DNA of 64,000 nt from Ferruginibacter sp. (GTDB lineage: Bacteria; Bacteroidota; Bacteroidia; Chitinophagales; Chitinophagaceae): the NCBI GenBank assembly GCA_030655145.1, contig JAURWD010000291.1, forward strand, positions 1,181-65,180, given 5' to 3'. Below the pieces are notes generated by a model. It was not told the origin of the DNA. It saw nothing but the letters and a program-made list of their open reading frames with translations, and searched no databases. Made by a program: the position numbers and the translations under genes. This document shows positions 47,819 through 56,981 of this stretch, piece by piece. Every line of letters starts with the position of its first letter. The first letter of the stretch is position 1.

Positions 47819-48535
47819 ATGAGAAACATCCTTCCATTCTGCCTCCTGATATTGCTTGGTTCCTGTTCCAAAGACGCTGGCAATACTACTGGTATGAAGT
47901 TAGAGAGTGTAACAATGGACGGAAAAACATATGAGCGTTTCTCTTACGATGCTAAGGGCAGATTGGAAAATTTCGATCTTTTTGGTCACTGCACGGTTTC
48001 ACCAATGGATGAGGAGAAATATAGTTACGATGGAGACCGCCTGGTGAAAACCCTCGCAATAAGCCGAAGTATTTATTCATCCTCCACCGCCAGTTGTGAT
48101 CCGGCTGGTGGACTACGCACAGAAAAGACCTACACTTACAACAGCGCCGGGAAAATTGAAAAAATTAACCTGCCCAACAGCAGCGTTCAATTTTATTATA
48201 ACAATGCGGGTTTGGTAGAGAGACAAGTGATCGACAATAACCCGGCATACACCTATCGTTACGAATACGATGCAAGGGGCAACCTGGTAACCTACACCGA
48301 TAACCAGGGCGGCGTTACCACCTACGAATATGACAATAAGAAAAATCCCTACTACCTGGTAAAACTGCATCCTTCGATCATCACCGCTTTTAATGCCAGT
48401 CCCAACAACGTAGTACGTGGCATGGGTAGTGGCGTTGTTTTCTTTACCCGCCAGTTTACCTACAATTCGCAGGATCTCCCTGCTACGGTGGTGGAATCAA
48501 ATATCGCTTCGGTCTATACCTATAATTATAAGTAA
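47819..48535 (+). CDS. Small lipoprotein built of YD (RHS-type) repeats
   Basis: The lipobox is LLILLGSCSK. About seven YD-repeat units follow (FSYDAKGRL, YSYDGDRL, YTYNSAGKI, YEYDARGNL, YEYDNKKNP, FTYNSQDL, YTYNYK). The start is the ATG at 47819. Confidence 0.8.
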   Translation: MRNILPFCLLILLGSCSKDAGNTTGMKLESVTMDGKTYERFSYDAKGRLENFDLFGHCTVSPMDEEKYSYDGDRLVKTLAISRSIYSSSTASCDPAGGLRTEKTYTYNSAGKIEKINLPNSSVQFYYNNAGLVERQVIDNNPAYTYRYEYDARGNLVTYTDNQGGVTTYEYDNKKNPYYLVKLHPSIITAFNASPNNVVRGMGSGVVFFTRQFTYNSQDLPATVVESNIASVYTYNYK

Positions 48536-48606
48536 GCGGCCAGGTCGCTCGTTTTGCTCCAACTTAGTTCATGCTGCCTGCATTATATTCGCTGTCAGTT
48601 AGCAGT

Positions 48607-49224
48607 ATGATCTCCATTCACCATTTTATTCCATCTTTTTACCAGCAAATAAACCTGGATCCCCACCTTGAACCCTGGATAATTACAAGAGACATGGTTC
48701 AGCTCATTGAACAATTGCTACTCGCGGTTGGTGAGGATTACCGGGTGGAGGGTGGCGTGGCAATACACAGGTCTGCCGTGGTTGAACCGGGTGCCGTCAT
48801 AAAGGCTCCAGCTATCATCGGCGCCTCCTGCTTTATTGGGGCACATGCTTACATTCGGGGTGGAGTGTTTCTAAGTCACTCCGTGAAAATTGGCACAGGG
48901 TGCGAGATCAAATCGAGCATTGTATGCTCAGGCAGTGCGATCGCTCACTTCAATTTTATTGGCGACAGTATCATTGGAAGTAATGTAAATTTCGAAGCGG
49001 GATCCATCACGGCGAATCATTATAATGAACGGACCGACAAAAGCATCAGCGTAGTGAATAACGGCAACCTGGTTGCAACCGGTTGTACCAAGTTCGGCGC
49101 CTTGGTGGGAGATGGCTCCCGTGTCGGCGCAAATGCTGTCCTTTCACCAGGCACGCTGCTACCAATTGGCAGCATCGTTAAGCGACTTGAATTGATCGAT
49201 CAACAGGCACCGTTTTCCGCTTGA
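48607..49224 (+). CDS. Left-handed beta-helix (hexapeptide-repeat) transferase-family protein
   Basis: Repeated [LIV]-G-x4 hexapeptides are visible (IGASCFIGAHAYIRGGVFL, IGTGCEI, IGDSIIGSNV, VGDGSRVGANAVL). I chose the ATG at 48607. Confidence 0.75.
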   Translation: MISIHHFIPSFYQQINLDPHLEPWIITRDMVQLIEQLLLAVGEDYRVEGGVAIHRSAVVEPGAVIKAPAIIGASCFIGAHAYIRGGVFLSHSVKIGTGCEIKSSIVCSGSAIAHFNFIGDSIIGSNVNFEAGSITANHYNERTDKSISVVNNGNLVATGCTKFGALVGDGSRVGANAVLSPGTLLPIGSIVKRLELIDQQAPFSA

Positions 49225-49526
49225 TCATGAATGCTTATTGATTTCCCTAGAAGTCTTTCCCTAAAATTCTCCAGGTTTTTAGCCTGTTCTTTATTGCGGC
49301 CAGGCCGCGAATACTTCCCTTATTCTTGCCTCTTTGTATCTAATCCAGCAAAATGGTAGAGTTTGTATTCATATTTGAATATTAATGAATCATTTTTCAC
49401 CACTCATCCTGTGTTTTTTTGCATTCAGCATATCTGTTTTTTCGATGTCTAAATAATCAATCAATTTGTAAGCGTAAATGTTAAACGACATTAGACGTTT
49501 AGTTAAAAATTTTATAACGCACCTGT

Positions 49527-49979
49527 ATGACCATCCGGAAAGCAACTGTTAATGATGTTAAACTCCTGGGTGATCTGTTTGATAGCTACCGCGTGTTTTA
49601 TAAAAAAGAACCTGATCCCGCTGGTGCGCAACAATTTGTTTCTGAGCGCATCACGCAGAACGAATCCGTCATTTATGTTGCTGAGCACGACGATCATTTG
49701 CTTGTAGGCTTCGTGCAGCTCTATCCATTATTCTCCTCAACACGTATGAAACGATTGTGGTTGTTGAACGACCTGTATGTGCAGCCGGAATATCGCGGCC
49801 TTGGCGTATCAGTTGCACTCATTGATGCCGCGAAAGAACTTTGCCGCACTACTGAAAGTTGCGGGATGATGCTGGAGACTGCCAAAGGCAATATCATTGG
49901 CAATAAGCTCTACCAAAAAACCGGCTTTGCATTGGATGCGGATCACAATTATTTTGAATGGGAAGTTAAATCTGTATAA
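49527..49979 (+). CDS. GNAT family N-acetyltransferase
   Basis: GNAT motif A is present (LYVQPEYRGLGVSVALI), followed by the C-terminal YQKTGF motif. Confidence 0.88.
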   Translation: MTIRKATVNDVKLLGDLFDSYRVFYKKEPDPAGAQQFVSERITQNESVIYVAEHDDHLLVGFVQLYPLFSSTRMKRLWLLNDLYVQPEYRGLGVSVALIDAAKELCRTTESCGMMLETAKGNIIGNKLYQKTGFALDADHNYFEWEVKSV

Positions 49980-49996
49980 CGCTAAATTTCCAGAAC

Positions 49997-50854
49997 ATGA
50001 TGCCGAACTCTCACATTACCGTGCAGTCACTTGCTTGCACCGATGTGCAAACTTTAAGAAATTGTTTTAATGCATCTTTCAGGCAATACTATGTTCCGCT
50101 GCAGTTTACAAAAGAGCAGTTTGCTGAAAAGATCACAACAGAAGCCATCGATCTGAAACTTTCATTTGGCATTTTTGACGAAGACCTGTTAGTAGGATTT
50201 ATTCTCCATGGGATCGACAGTGTCGGTAACCAGAAGGTGGCTTATAATGCAGGTACGGGCATCTTGCCCGATTACCGCGGGCATAAGCTTTCCTATCTTT
50301 TATATGAATACAGTATTGGCCAGTTAAAAAAAGCGGGAGTTACAAAAACTATCCTGGAGGTTGTAGAACAAAATATGCCGGCGATTAAAAGTTATGTGCG
50401 CATGGGATTTTCTGTAACTCGCAAACTCAACAGTTACCAGGGCAGGCCCATTTTGAACGAAGTACCTTCCATCGAAATAGAGACATTGCCCGCACCGGAC
50501 TGGGCCCTTATCAAAAGAAGTTGTGAATGGAATCCTTCCTGGCAATACAACACCAACTGCATCAAACGGGCGCAGAGTAACTACAAATTACAGGTTGCCC
50601 GTTGCGATCAGCAGCCGGTAGCTTATTGCATCAGTAATTTGGAAACGGGGCGGATAGCCCACTTTGGCTGTTGTGATATCGAATACAAAGAAAAATACCT
50701 GTCGGCTTTGTTCAATGAAGTGAATGGGGTAAATGGGGATCACCTTACTTCCGTCATCAATGTGGACACGAATGCGCTTTACGCGAATACCTTCCTGTTG
50801 TCTATCGGGCTGCGCAGGTTATTTACTGCTTGCGAAATGGAAATGGCCTTGTAG
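49997..50854 (+). CDS. GNAT-domain protein (N-terminal GNAT plus C-terminal extension)
   Basis: GNAT motif A-like sequence is present (GILPDYRGHKLSYLL and YVRMGF). The additional ~130-aa C-terminal region is unassigned. Confidence 0.8.
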   Translation: MMPNSHITVQSLACTDVQTLRNCFNASFRQYYVPLQFTKEQFAEKITTEAIDLKLSFGIFDEDLLVGFILHGIDSVGNQKVAYNAGTGILPDYRGHKLSYLLYEYSIGQLKKAGVTKTILEVVEQNMPAIKSYVRMGFSVTRKLNSYQGRPILNEVPSIEIETLPAPDWALIKRSCEWNPSWQYNTNCIKRAQSNYKLQVARCDQQPVAYCISNLETGRIAHFGCCDIEYKEKYLSALFNEVNGVNGDHLTSVINVDTNALYANTFLLSIGLRRLFTACEMEMAL

Positions 50855-50896
50855 ATAAGTAACTGGTGAGCACAGTTTGATGCGCTTAATGTGGTC

Positions 50897-51478
50897 TTAA
50901 ACAGTTGGGGGAGTTAACCACTTTACTACCTCTGGCGCCTGGTAGTCCTGCATGCGATCGAGGAGTCGCTCTACCTGGTCATCAACCAATAACATATCCC
51001 GGTTTATTTCTTTTAGAAAACCAGCGTCCACCATTGTTTGTATCATCGTGATCAGCGGATCGTAAAAGCCCCCGACGTTGAGTAGGCCAATGGGTTTTTT
51101 ATGAAGGCCGAGTTGAGCCCAGGTCAGCATTTCAAAAAGCTCTTCAATGGTTCCGAAGCCGCCCGGCAAGGCAATTACGCCATCACACAATTCACTCATG
51201 GTTGTTTTACGCTCATGCATGGATTCAACCAACACCAGGTCTGTCAACTTTTCGTGTGCAAGTTCCTTCGCCTGCAAAAAACGCGGTAACACACCGGTTA
51301 CTTTTCCGCCGGCCTCCAGTACTGCTTCGGCGATCAAGCCCATAATTCCAACCTTTGCTCCTCCATAAACAAGCTCGATCTTGCGACTAACGAGCGCCTT
51401 TCCCAACTCGATAGTACGGTTCTTAAAAACAGCTTTATTGCCCAGGCTGGATCCGCAGAAGACGGTGATCTTTTTCAT
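50897..51478 (-). CDS. LOG-family (TIGR00730) protein, short type
   Basis: The 193-aa product has the motifs ITVFCGSS, VYGGAKVGIMG and ALPGGFGTIEELFEML. Confidence 0.9.
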   Translation of the reverse strand: MKKITVFCGSSLGNKAVFKNRTIELGKALVSRKIELVYGGAKVGIMGLIAEAVLEAGGKVTGVLPRFLQAKELAHEKLTDLVLVESMHERKTTMSELCDGVIALPGGFGTIEELFEMLTWAQLGLHKKPIGLLNVGGFYDPLITMIQTMVDAGFLKEINRDMLLVDDQVERLLDRMQDYQAPEVVKWLTPPTV

Positions 51479-52152
51479 AAGTCGCTTGATAATTGTTTGG
51501 AGAAGGCCTAATTATTTCTGTAAAAGTATCATTTATTTTTAACGGAGTATTACTTGTCCAGACAGTGAATCCGGGTGCGTGGATTTTAAAATTTTCCAGA
51601 CTTCGGCAGTACGCTGAACTTTTGCTTAGTTTTTAAAATGGGAAAAATACCTCACTTACAGTAATGGGTAGACGTTTTTTACAAATAATCTCTTCCCGCA
51701 AAATTCCACATCGCTAAAATGCAGGAGCTTACATAAGGTTTCCAGGACAAACCCGGTGGTAAATATGCAGTATTTACCAGCATATCAGGCGCTGAAATAG
51801 ATCAATGTAGAGCGCTATCGAAATACTTTTGAAATTTTTTTTTAGAAAAAATTAATTTTTTTTTTCATGCCTTTTTGATGAAGTGTAACGTGCTGGTTTT
51901 TAGTAGTAAACAGCGTATACCTGAAAGGATTTTGTGAAATACAGGTGCAACTTCTCGGCATTCAAAATGACTTTTTTTCTGCACCAAATTCAGTTTTGGT
52001 CTGAATATTGTTTTCTCTACCCCGCACATGGGTACCTAACTCCCAAGGAAGTTTCCATGATTAATCCGTCGCTTGGCTTTCGTACTTAGTCATGTGCCAA
52101 CAATCATTAAGGCAAGCAATCAAATTTTTCAAACAGAATTAAATTACAAAAG

Positions 52153-52851
52153 ATGAAAAAATTATTTAGTCTATCCGTTGCAGCAATGTTAGGTCTCGCT
52201 GCTTTTGCTCAGGATACTATTCCAAACAGGCAGAATTCAAACCCTGCAAACAGGGACACCATTCCCGCTACGAATCGTAATTGGAATGATTCTTTGAATA
52301 AGTCACGTACCATGGACAGTAGTTATCAAAAAAGAAACTATCCGGATTCTTTGACGAACGACACATCTTCATTTGCAAGAAAGAATGAAATGAATGATTC
52401 AATGAGCACCAACACTACTACAACAGATTCATTAAGCACTGCAAATACTACGCAAACTTCAACATTGAACAAGGCTGATAGTATGACAACAAGTGCGAAA
52501 GCAACAACTACTACAACCACGACCACGCTGGATTCTACAGTAGTGTTAAGTGATCGTGTGATCATGCGTGACGACGCGATGTTTGTCATCAAAGATGGTC
52601 AGACAAATAGCCTCACTGAAACCTATAAACTGGAAAGCGGTGCTACTGTAACCAGCGACGGAACAGTAACATATCCAAGTGGTAAAACAGTGAAATTGAA
52701 GAATGGCCAGTTCATTGAGATCACCAAGTCAACCTCAAGCGATAAAGACAAGGACGAGATGACAACCGGTGATAAGAAATTAACGAAGACAGAGAAGTCG
52801 ACAAAAACAACAAAGAAGACTACGAAGAAAACTAAGCCACGTACGGACTAA
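52153..52851 (+). CDS. Secreted low-complexity Thr/Ser/Asn-rich protein with a Lys-rich tail
   Basis: The signal peptide is MKKLFSLSVAAMLGLAAFAQ. A T/S/N-rich region with a T8 run is followed by a short folded-looking segment (VIMRDDAMFVIKDGQTNSL...KLKNGQFIEI). The tail is KSTKTTKKTTKKTKPRTD. Confidence 0.7.
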   Translation: MKKLFSLSVAAMLGLAAFAQDTIPNRQNSNPANRDTIPATNRNWNDSLNKSRTMDSSYQKRNYPDSLTNDTSSFARKNEMNDSMSTNTTTTDSLSTANTTQTSTLNKADSMTTSAKATTTTTTTTLDSTVVLSDRVIMRDDAMFVIKDGQTNSLTETYKLESGATVTSDGTVTYPSGKTVKLKNGQFIEITKSTSSDKDKDEMTTGDKKLTKTEKSTKTTKKTTKKTKPRTD

Positions 52852-52894
52852 TTTTTATCTATAGTTAGATAGGGTATACATATAAACAACAGAA

Positions 52895-52935
52895 AACCCT
52901 CACCTATAAAACGGTGAGGGTTCTTTTATTTTTGG
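52895..52935. terminator. Bidirectional intrinsic terminator between convergent genes
   Basis: The 10-bp stem AACCCTCACC/GGTGAGGGTT is followed by CTTTTATTTTT on the plus strand and by TTCTGTTGTTTAT on the minus strand. Confidence 0.85.
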
Positions 52936-53103
52936 CAGACACTGCGTTTTTCCAGCTTGCAGAAAGAGCATTCATAGCAGGTCTTGGATGAAGGTAGATG
53001 AAGCTTCTTCAGTGCTACCAGGTTGCTGTTTCAGAACAGATTTTATATGATGGCCTGGTTGCGAATACGCATTGTAGTGAGTCTATGTGCTTTCTGTGCG
53101 CAG

Positions 53104-54639
53104 CTACTTTATTAGCATCAGTGATGCCATCGTTTCTATTCCTGTAAATAAATTGCCGAGTCGAATATTTTCATTTTCAGCATGCTGGTTGTTGTCATGA
53201 TTGGCGATCGGAACCGTCACCGTTTTTGCATTTAAATATTTTTCAAATACAAAAAGAGGCAGGGTGCCACCCATTGTCGGTTGTAATACGACCTGTTCAT
53301 TCGTGGTTGTTTTCACAGCTGCAATAACTTTTTGTACAATGGGCAAGTCCATCGAAGTTCGCTGCGCATTTACGCCATCCTCTCCCGGAATTACCTTGAT
53401 GATCTTTTCATACTTTGCCCGCTCAGCATCTGTGGGTTCGTTACCGGTTACAAAGAAGCCCTGTGATTTTATGTGAACAATTACTTTTTGTTGCTGCCTC
53501 TGCCAATCGTTGCCCAAAACCAACCGAAGATCAAGGACGGTGGTTGCCTGTGTCGGAATTTGGTTGGAAGCCATCTTTCCAACATTACCACTTAGTATCC
53601 CATTGATGTTTAACGAAGGCAAATTAATTGCTTCACTCAATGTGGTGCCTTTCATTTCTTCTGCAAAAATTCCAAGTTCATTTTTCATTTGTTCGTCAAC
53701 TGACGGAACTTCGTTTAGAGATTTTTTTTCAAAAGCTGTGAGTGGAGTGACATCATCATAAAATCCTTTTATCGTTACTCTCCCCGTTTCGTCTTTCATA
53801 GAAGCTAATAATTTAACCAGTCGCAGGGCGGGATTGGGCGCCCAATTGCCGTAATGCCCGCTATGCAACGGTCGTTTGGATGCATACACCGTGAGATCAA
53901 GATGTGTATCTCCGCGAACGCCAAACGCAATTTGCTTTTTGCCTGATTGATGAACTGGCCCGTCACAAATGATCCATAGGTCCGATTGTAATAATGATTT
54001 GTATTTTTCCAGTATTTCATTCAGGTGAGGCGATCCCATTTCTTCTTCTCCTTCAAAGAAAAACTTAAGATTGCATCCCGGAGTTAAACCAGTTTTTTTG
54101 ATGGCGTCATAGGCATTTAGGATGGCGGCCACACCCGCCTTGTCGTCGGAGGCACCTCTTGCATATATTCTCCATTCGCTGTTATAGATGCCATCGGCCG
54201 GTGAAGCAATGGGTGCTCCGGCTTTGTCAATAGCTTTCGAAAACATCTTCGGCTCAAATGGACTAAGTTCTTTCGCCCATTGTTCAGGATTGACGGGTTG
54301 TCCATCATAATGCGCATAAAATATGAGCGTTTGTTTTGCACCAGGCACCATCACTTCGCCGTAGATGACTGGTGGAACTCCGTTTGTTGAAGCATGCAGT
54401 AACTGTACTTTTTGAATGCCTCGTTTGTTCATCATTGCCATAATGAAAGCGACATTCTTCTGTAAACCTGCGGGATCTGCAGCCACATTCGGCAGCGAAA
54501 GAAATTCAGTAAATTCCTTCATGACCACATCGGCATTTTTTGCTCCGTGTTTCCTGATCGTTAGCACTTCGGCTGATTGTGCCGAAACCAATTGATTCAG
54601 CAGGAGGGTGAAAAGCAAAAGGATACAAGAATTTCTCAT
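53104..54639 (-). CDS. M20-family metallopeptidase (dipeptidase-like), secreted
   Basis: The signal peptide is MRNSCILLLFTLLLNQLVSAQS. M20 metal-binding motifs are present (YAHYDGQP, ASDDKAG, EGEEEMGS). The start is the ATG at 54639. Confidence 0.88.
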   Translation of the reverse strand: MRNSCILLLFTLLLNQLVSAQSAEVLTIRKHGAKNADVVMKEFTEFLSLPNVAADPAGLQKNVAFIMAMMNKRGIQKVQLLHASTNGVPPVIYGEVMVPGAKQTLIFYAHYDGQPVNPEQWAKELSPFEPKMFSKAIDKAGAPIASPADGIYNSEWRIYARGASDDKAGVAAILNAYDAIKKTGLTPGCNLKFFFEGEEEMGSPHLNEILEKYKSLLQSDLWIICDGPVHQSGKKQIAFGVRGDTHLDLTVYASKRPLHSGHYGNWAPNPALRLVKLLASMKDETGRVTIKGFYDDVTPLTAFEKKSLNEVPSVDEQMKNELGIFAEEMKGTTLSEAINLPSLNINGILSGNVGKMASNQIPTQATTVLDLRLVLGNDWQRQQQKVIVHIKSQGFFVTGNEPTDAERAKYEKIIKVIPGEDGVNAQRTSMDLPIVQKVIAAVKTTTNEQVVLQPTMGGTLPLFVFEKYLNAKTVTVPIANHDNNQHAENENIRLGNLFTGIETMASLMLIK

Positions 54640-54768
54640 AAAATGGAATTGAAGCAGTTTAGTCATCATGACGCTAAAGTTACCATGACGCAAGGCAGAA
54701 CAAAAACAAGTTTGAAAAAATTTGTTATCTGTGCATCGGTTGATAGATGCCGCTGTAAAAGTTGAAGT

Positions 54769-55023
54769 TTATTTAAACCTGATCTTGTAGGCTAGTATAA
54801 CAACTGCAAACAGGAAGGTGATACCGTTAGCGATCATCACGGGAAAATTGTCGCTTAAAATTCCATAGAGAAGCCAGAGGAGCGTACCAAGAGCGAAAAT
54901 TGAGTACATGGAAAGTGAGATCCCGGAAGTGTCTTTCGTTTGAATGGTTTTTATGGCCTGCGGCAGAAAAGAAACGGTGGTACAAAAAGCAGCAGACAGG
55001 CCCAGGATCGTGATCATATTCAT
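54769..55023 (-). CDS. SemiSWEET / PQ-loop family transporter
   Basis: The ~84-aa product has three TM helices and a PQ motif (SFLPQAIKTIQTKDTSGISL). The ORF opens with TTG at 55032; I prefer the ATG at 55023. Confidence 0.8.
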   Translation of the reverse strand: MNMITILGLSAAFCTTVSFLPQAIKTIQTKDTSGISLSMYSIFALGTLLWLLYGILSDNFPVMIANGITFLFAVVILAYKIRFK

Positions 55024-55049
55024 AACCAACAAAAGTAAACTAAAGGTCT

Positions 55050-55098
55050 CCTAAAAGAAACAGCCTGTAGAAATGGTGGTCCATCGCTACAGGCTGTT
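55050..55098 (-). terminator. Intrinsic terminator after the 81-aa hypothetical gene
   Basis: A perfect 12-bp stem AACAGCCTGTAG/CTACAGGCTGTT has a 16-nt loop. On the minus strand it is followed by TCTTTTAGG. Confidence 0.65.
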
Positions 55099-55132
55099 AA
55101 AAAGGTGTTGTGTTTCTGAGGAAAAACAAAAA

Positions 55133-55378
55133 TTAGCTCACCGCGACAGTCGCCTGAAAGGTGTTGCTGTACTGGTAAGTTGCTTCCTGCCTTGAGGTAG
55201 CATTAAACTTGTTGATAAGCCGCGAATTGATCATTGCTTCCAATAAAATGATGTTGGATTCACAGTCGCTAAACTGCTGGCTGCCTGATTCATGTTCGAG
55301 CATCTTTCGGTAATCTGTGGTGTTTTTAAGGAGCATTTCCAATAAAGCACCGGTTTCGAGGGATTGCAAATTTTGCAT
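55133..55378 (-). CDS. Hypothetical protein (81 aa)
   Basis: The ATG at 55378 (MQNLQSLETGALLEMLL...) starts a helical-looking product with no recognisable family. A terminator lies downstream. Confidence 0.5.
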   Translation of the reverse strand: MQNLQSLETGALLEMLLKNTTDYRKMLEHESGSQQFSDCESNIILLEAMINSRLINKFNATSRQEATYQYSNTFQATVAVS

Positions 55379-55565
55379 ATGTGTAAGTTTTAATCCTAAC
55401 CTTGCAAAAGACATGCACTTTTTCAGCTTACATATTTTGCGGTACCCTGTGAGACCGTAATTTCCGCAGAAAGCCTCACCAGCCAAGCAATTAAGAGTTC
55501 AATTCTTAAAGCCGGGAAATTTCCTTTGTTCAGATTTCGGTTTTAAAGAAATAATAGATTGCGGA

Positions 55566-56120
55566 TTAAAGTTCCCGAAATACGCGACAGGGATTCCCCA
55601 CAGCTACCACATTGGCGGGAATATCTTTGGTTACGACGCTTCCGGCGCCGATGGTGCTGTTAGTGCCAATTGTAACCCCGGGGCAAATAATGGTGCCGCC
55701 GCCGAGCCAGACATTGTCTTCGATGGTGATGGCGGAGGCAAGCTCCGGTCCTTTTATTCGCTCTGCTGCTAAAATGGGATGATGTGCCGTATACAATTGC
55801 ACGTTGGGAGCAAGAAAAACATTGTTGCCTATGGTGATGTTTGCACAGTCAAGAAACACACAATTGAAGTTGGCAAAGAAATTTTCACCCACGCGGATAT
55901 TTGTGCCGTAGTCGCAGAAAAAAGGCGTTTGTATATCGATGTTAGTTCCCATCTGCCCCAACAATTTCTTCAATATTGCGCCGCGGATTTCACGGTCGTA
56001 GGTCGTTTGATTATATTGTTGCATCAGCTCTCTCGCCGCAACCCGCATCGCTAACAATACCGGGTCCCCGGCGTCGTATAATTCGCCGGCAAGCATTTTT
56101 TCAAGATTCGTTTTGCTCAT
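55566..56120 (-). CDS. Maltose/galactoside O-acetyltransferase family (hexapeptide)
   Basis: The Maa/LacA N-terminal helix is present (MLAGELYDAGDPVL), followed by the hexapeptide LbH core and the C-terminal GNPCRV motif. Confidence 0.9.
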   Translation of the reverse strand: MSKTNLEKMLAGELYDAGDPVLLAMRVAARELMQQYNQTTYDREIRGAILKKLLGQMGTNIDIQTPFFCDYGTNIRVGENFFANFNCVFLDCANITIGNNVFLAPNVQLYTAHHPILAAERIKGPELASAITIEDNVWLGGGTIICPGVTIGTNSTIGAGSVVTKDIPANVVAVGNPCRVFREL

Positions 56121-56183
56121 TCCATAAAGTTACCGGATTTGATTTTGAGACTTCAATGGCTCCAACAGCCATTCGCATGTCTT

Positions 56184-56981
56184 TCAATGTTCCGCAACTT
56201 GTTGGTCTGTACTGAAGGAACTTAAATATGTGCTCTCACGGACCAGGCCCGGGTAAAAATAGGGGGTGAGTTCGGGGCTGTCAGTGGTGCCGGCTAGCTT
56301 GTTGTCTCTGGGATTTGATATTGTTGCCACCGGGTAGTTAGGAACGTTCAGCCCGAGCGTGATGTTTCTCGTTGCCCGAAGCAGGCCGTCCTTTTTCACC
56401 GGGGTCAAAATACCACTTCCGCCTCTCGGATGCTTCCGGTCTTTTTCCGCACCGCTTAAGTAAGGATCATCTGCAAAAACGAATTCATCGATCCAATATG
56501 CGGTTTTGCCGGGTTCCTTAATGGTTGGATGAATGTGTTTTGGATTGTTGCTGTTTGGATAAGAGGCGGGCACCAAGGTCAGAATTTTGTAAGCGCCACG
56601 TTCGTCAGTCTTCAGCCATCCGCGTATGTAGCCGTGTCGCCTGCCCCAGCCCGTTTCATTGCCTTTTGTAGCATATACACCTGTTTGATCGGTGTGGTAA
56701 ACATAAAAAGTAACACCAGTAGCAGGGGTGCGTCCATCGCGTTGATAAACGGTGCCGCTGATCTCTATCTTCGGACCATTTCCTTCAAACCCCGGCAAGG
56801 TCAGGGAACTGCTGAGCATTTCAAATGGTACGGGGGTTTCATAGACTGCTTCACAGCCTTCACAATCATCGCCTACCTTGATCATGGACGCTTCTTTTGC
56901 AGGTGTTACTGCACCTTGTTGGGAGCACCCGGTTGTTGAAATGGCCGTTACCAGGATAAAAACTAAAATGATTGATTTCAT
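56184..56981 (-). CDS. Intradiol ring-cleavage dioxygenase-like lipoprotein
   Basis: The lipobox is AISTTGCSQ. The dioxygenase core is visible (TGVYATKG...RHGYIRGWLKTDERGAYKILTLVPASYP...HIH). Confidence 0.8.
   Translation of the reverse strand: MKSIILVFILVTAISTTGCSQQGAVTPAKEASMIKVGDDCEGCEAVYETPVPFEMLSSSLTLPGFEGNGPKIEISGTVYQRDGRTPATGVTFYVYHTDQTGVYATKGNETGWGRRHGYIRGWLKTDERGAYKILTLVPASYPNSNNPKHIHPTIKEPGKTAYWIDEFVFADDPYLSGAEKDRKHPRGGSGILTPVKKDGLLRATRNITLGLNVPNYPVATISNPRDNKLAGTTDSPELTPYFYPGLVRESTYLSSFSTDQQVAEH

Noticed and set aside
51998-52013. I considered a sigma-54-like element TGGTCT-GAATA-TTGT about 150 nt upstream of the 52153 gene.
   Set aside because: Both the -24 (TGGTCT versus TGGCAC) and -12 (TTGT versus TTGC) elements deviate at core positions. 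It cannot be distinguished from chance in an AT-rich gap.
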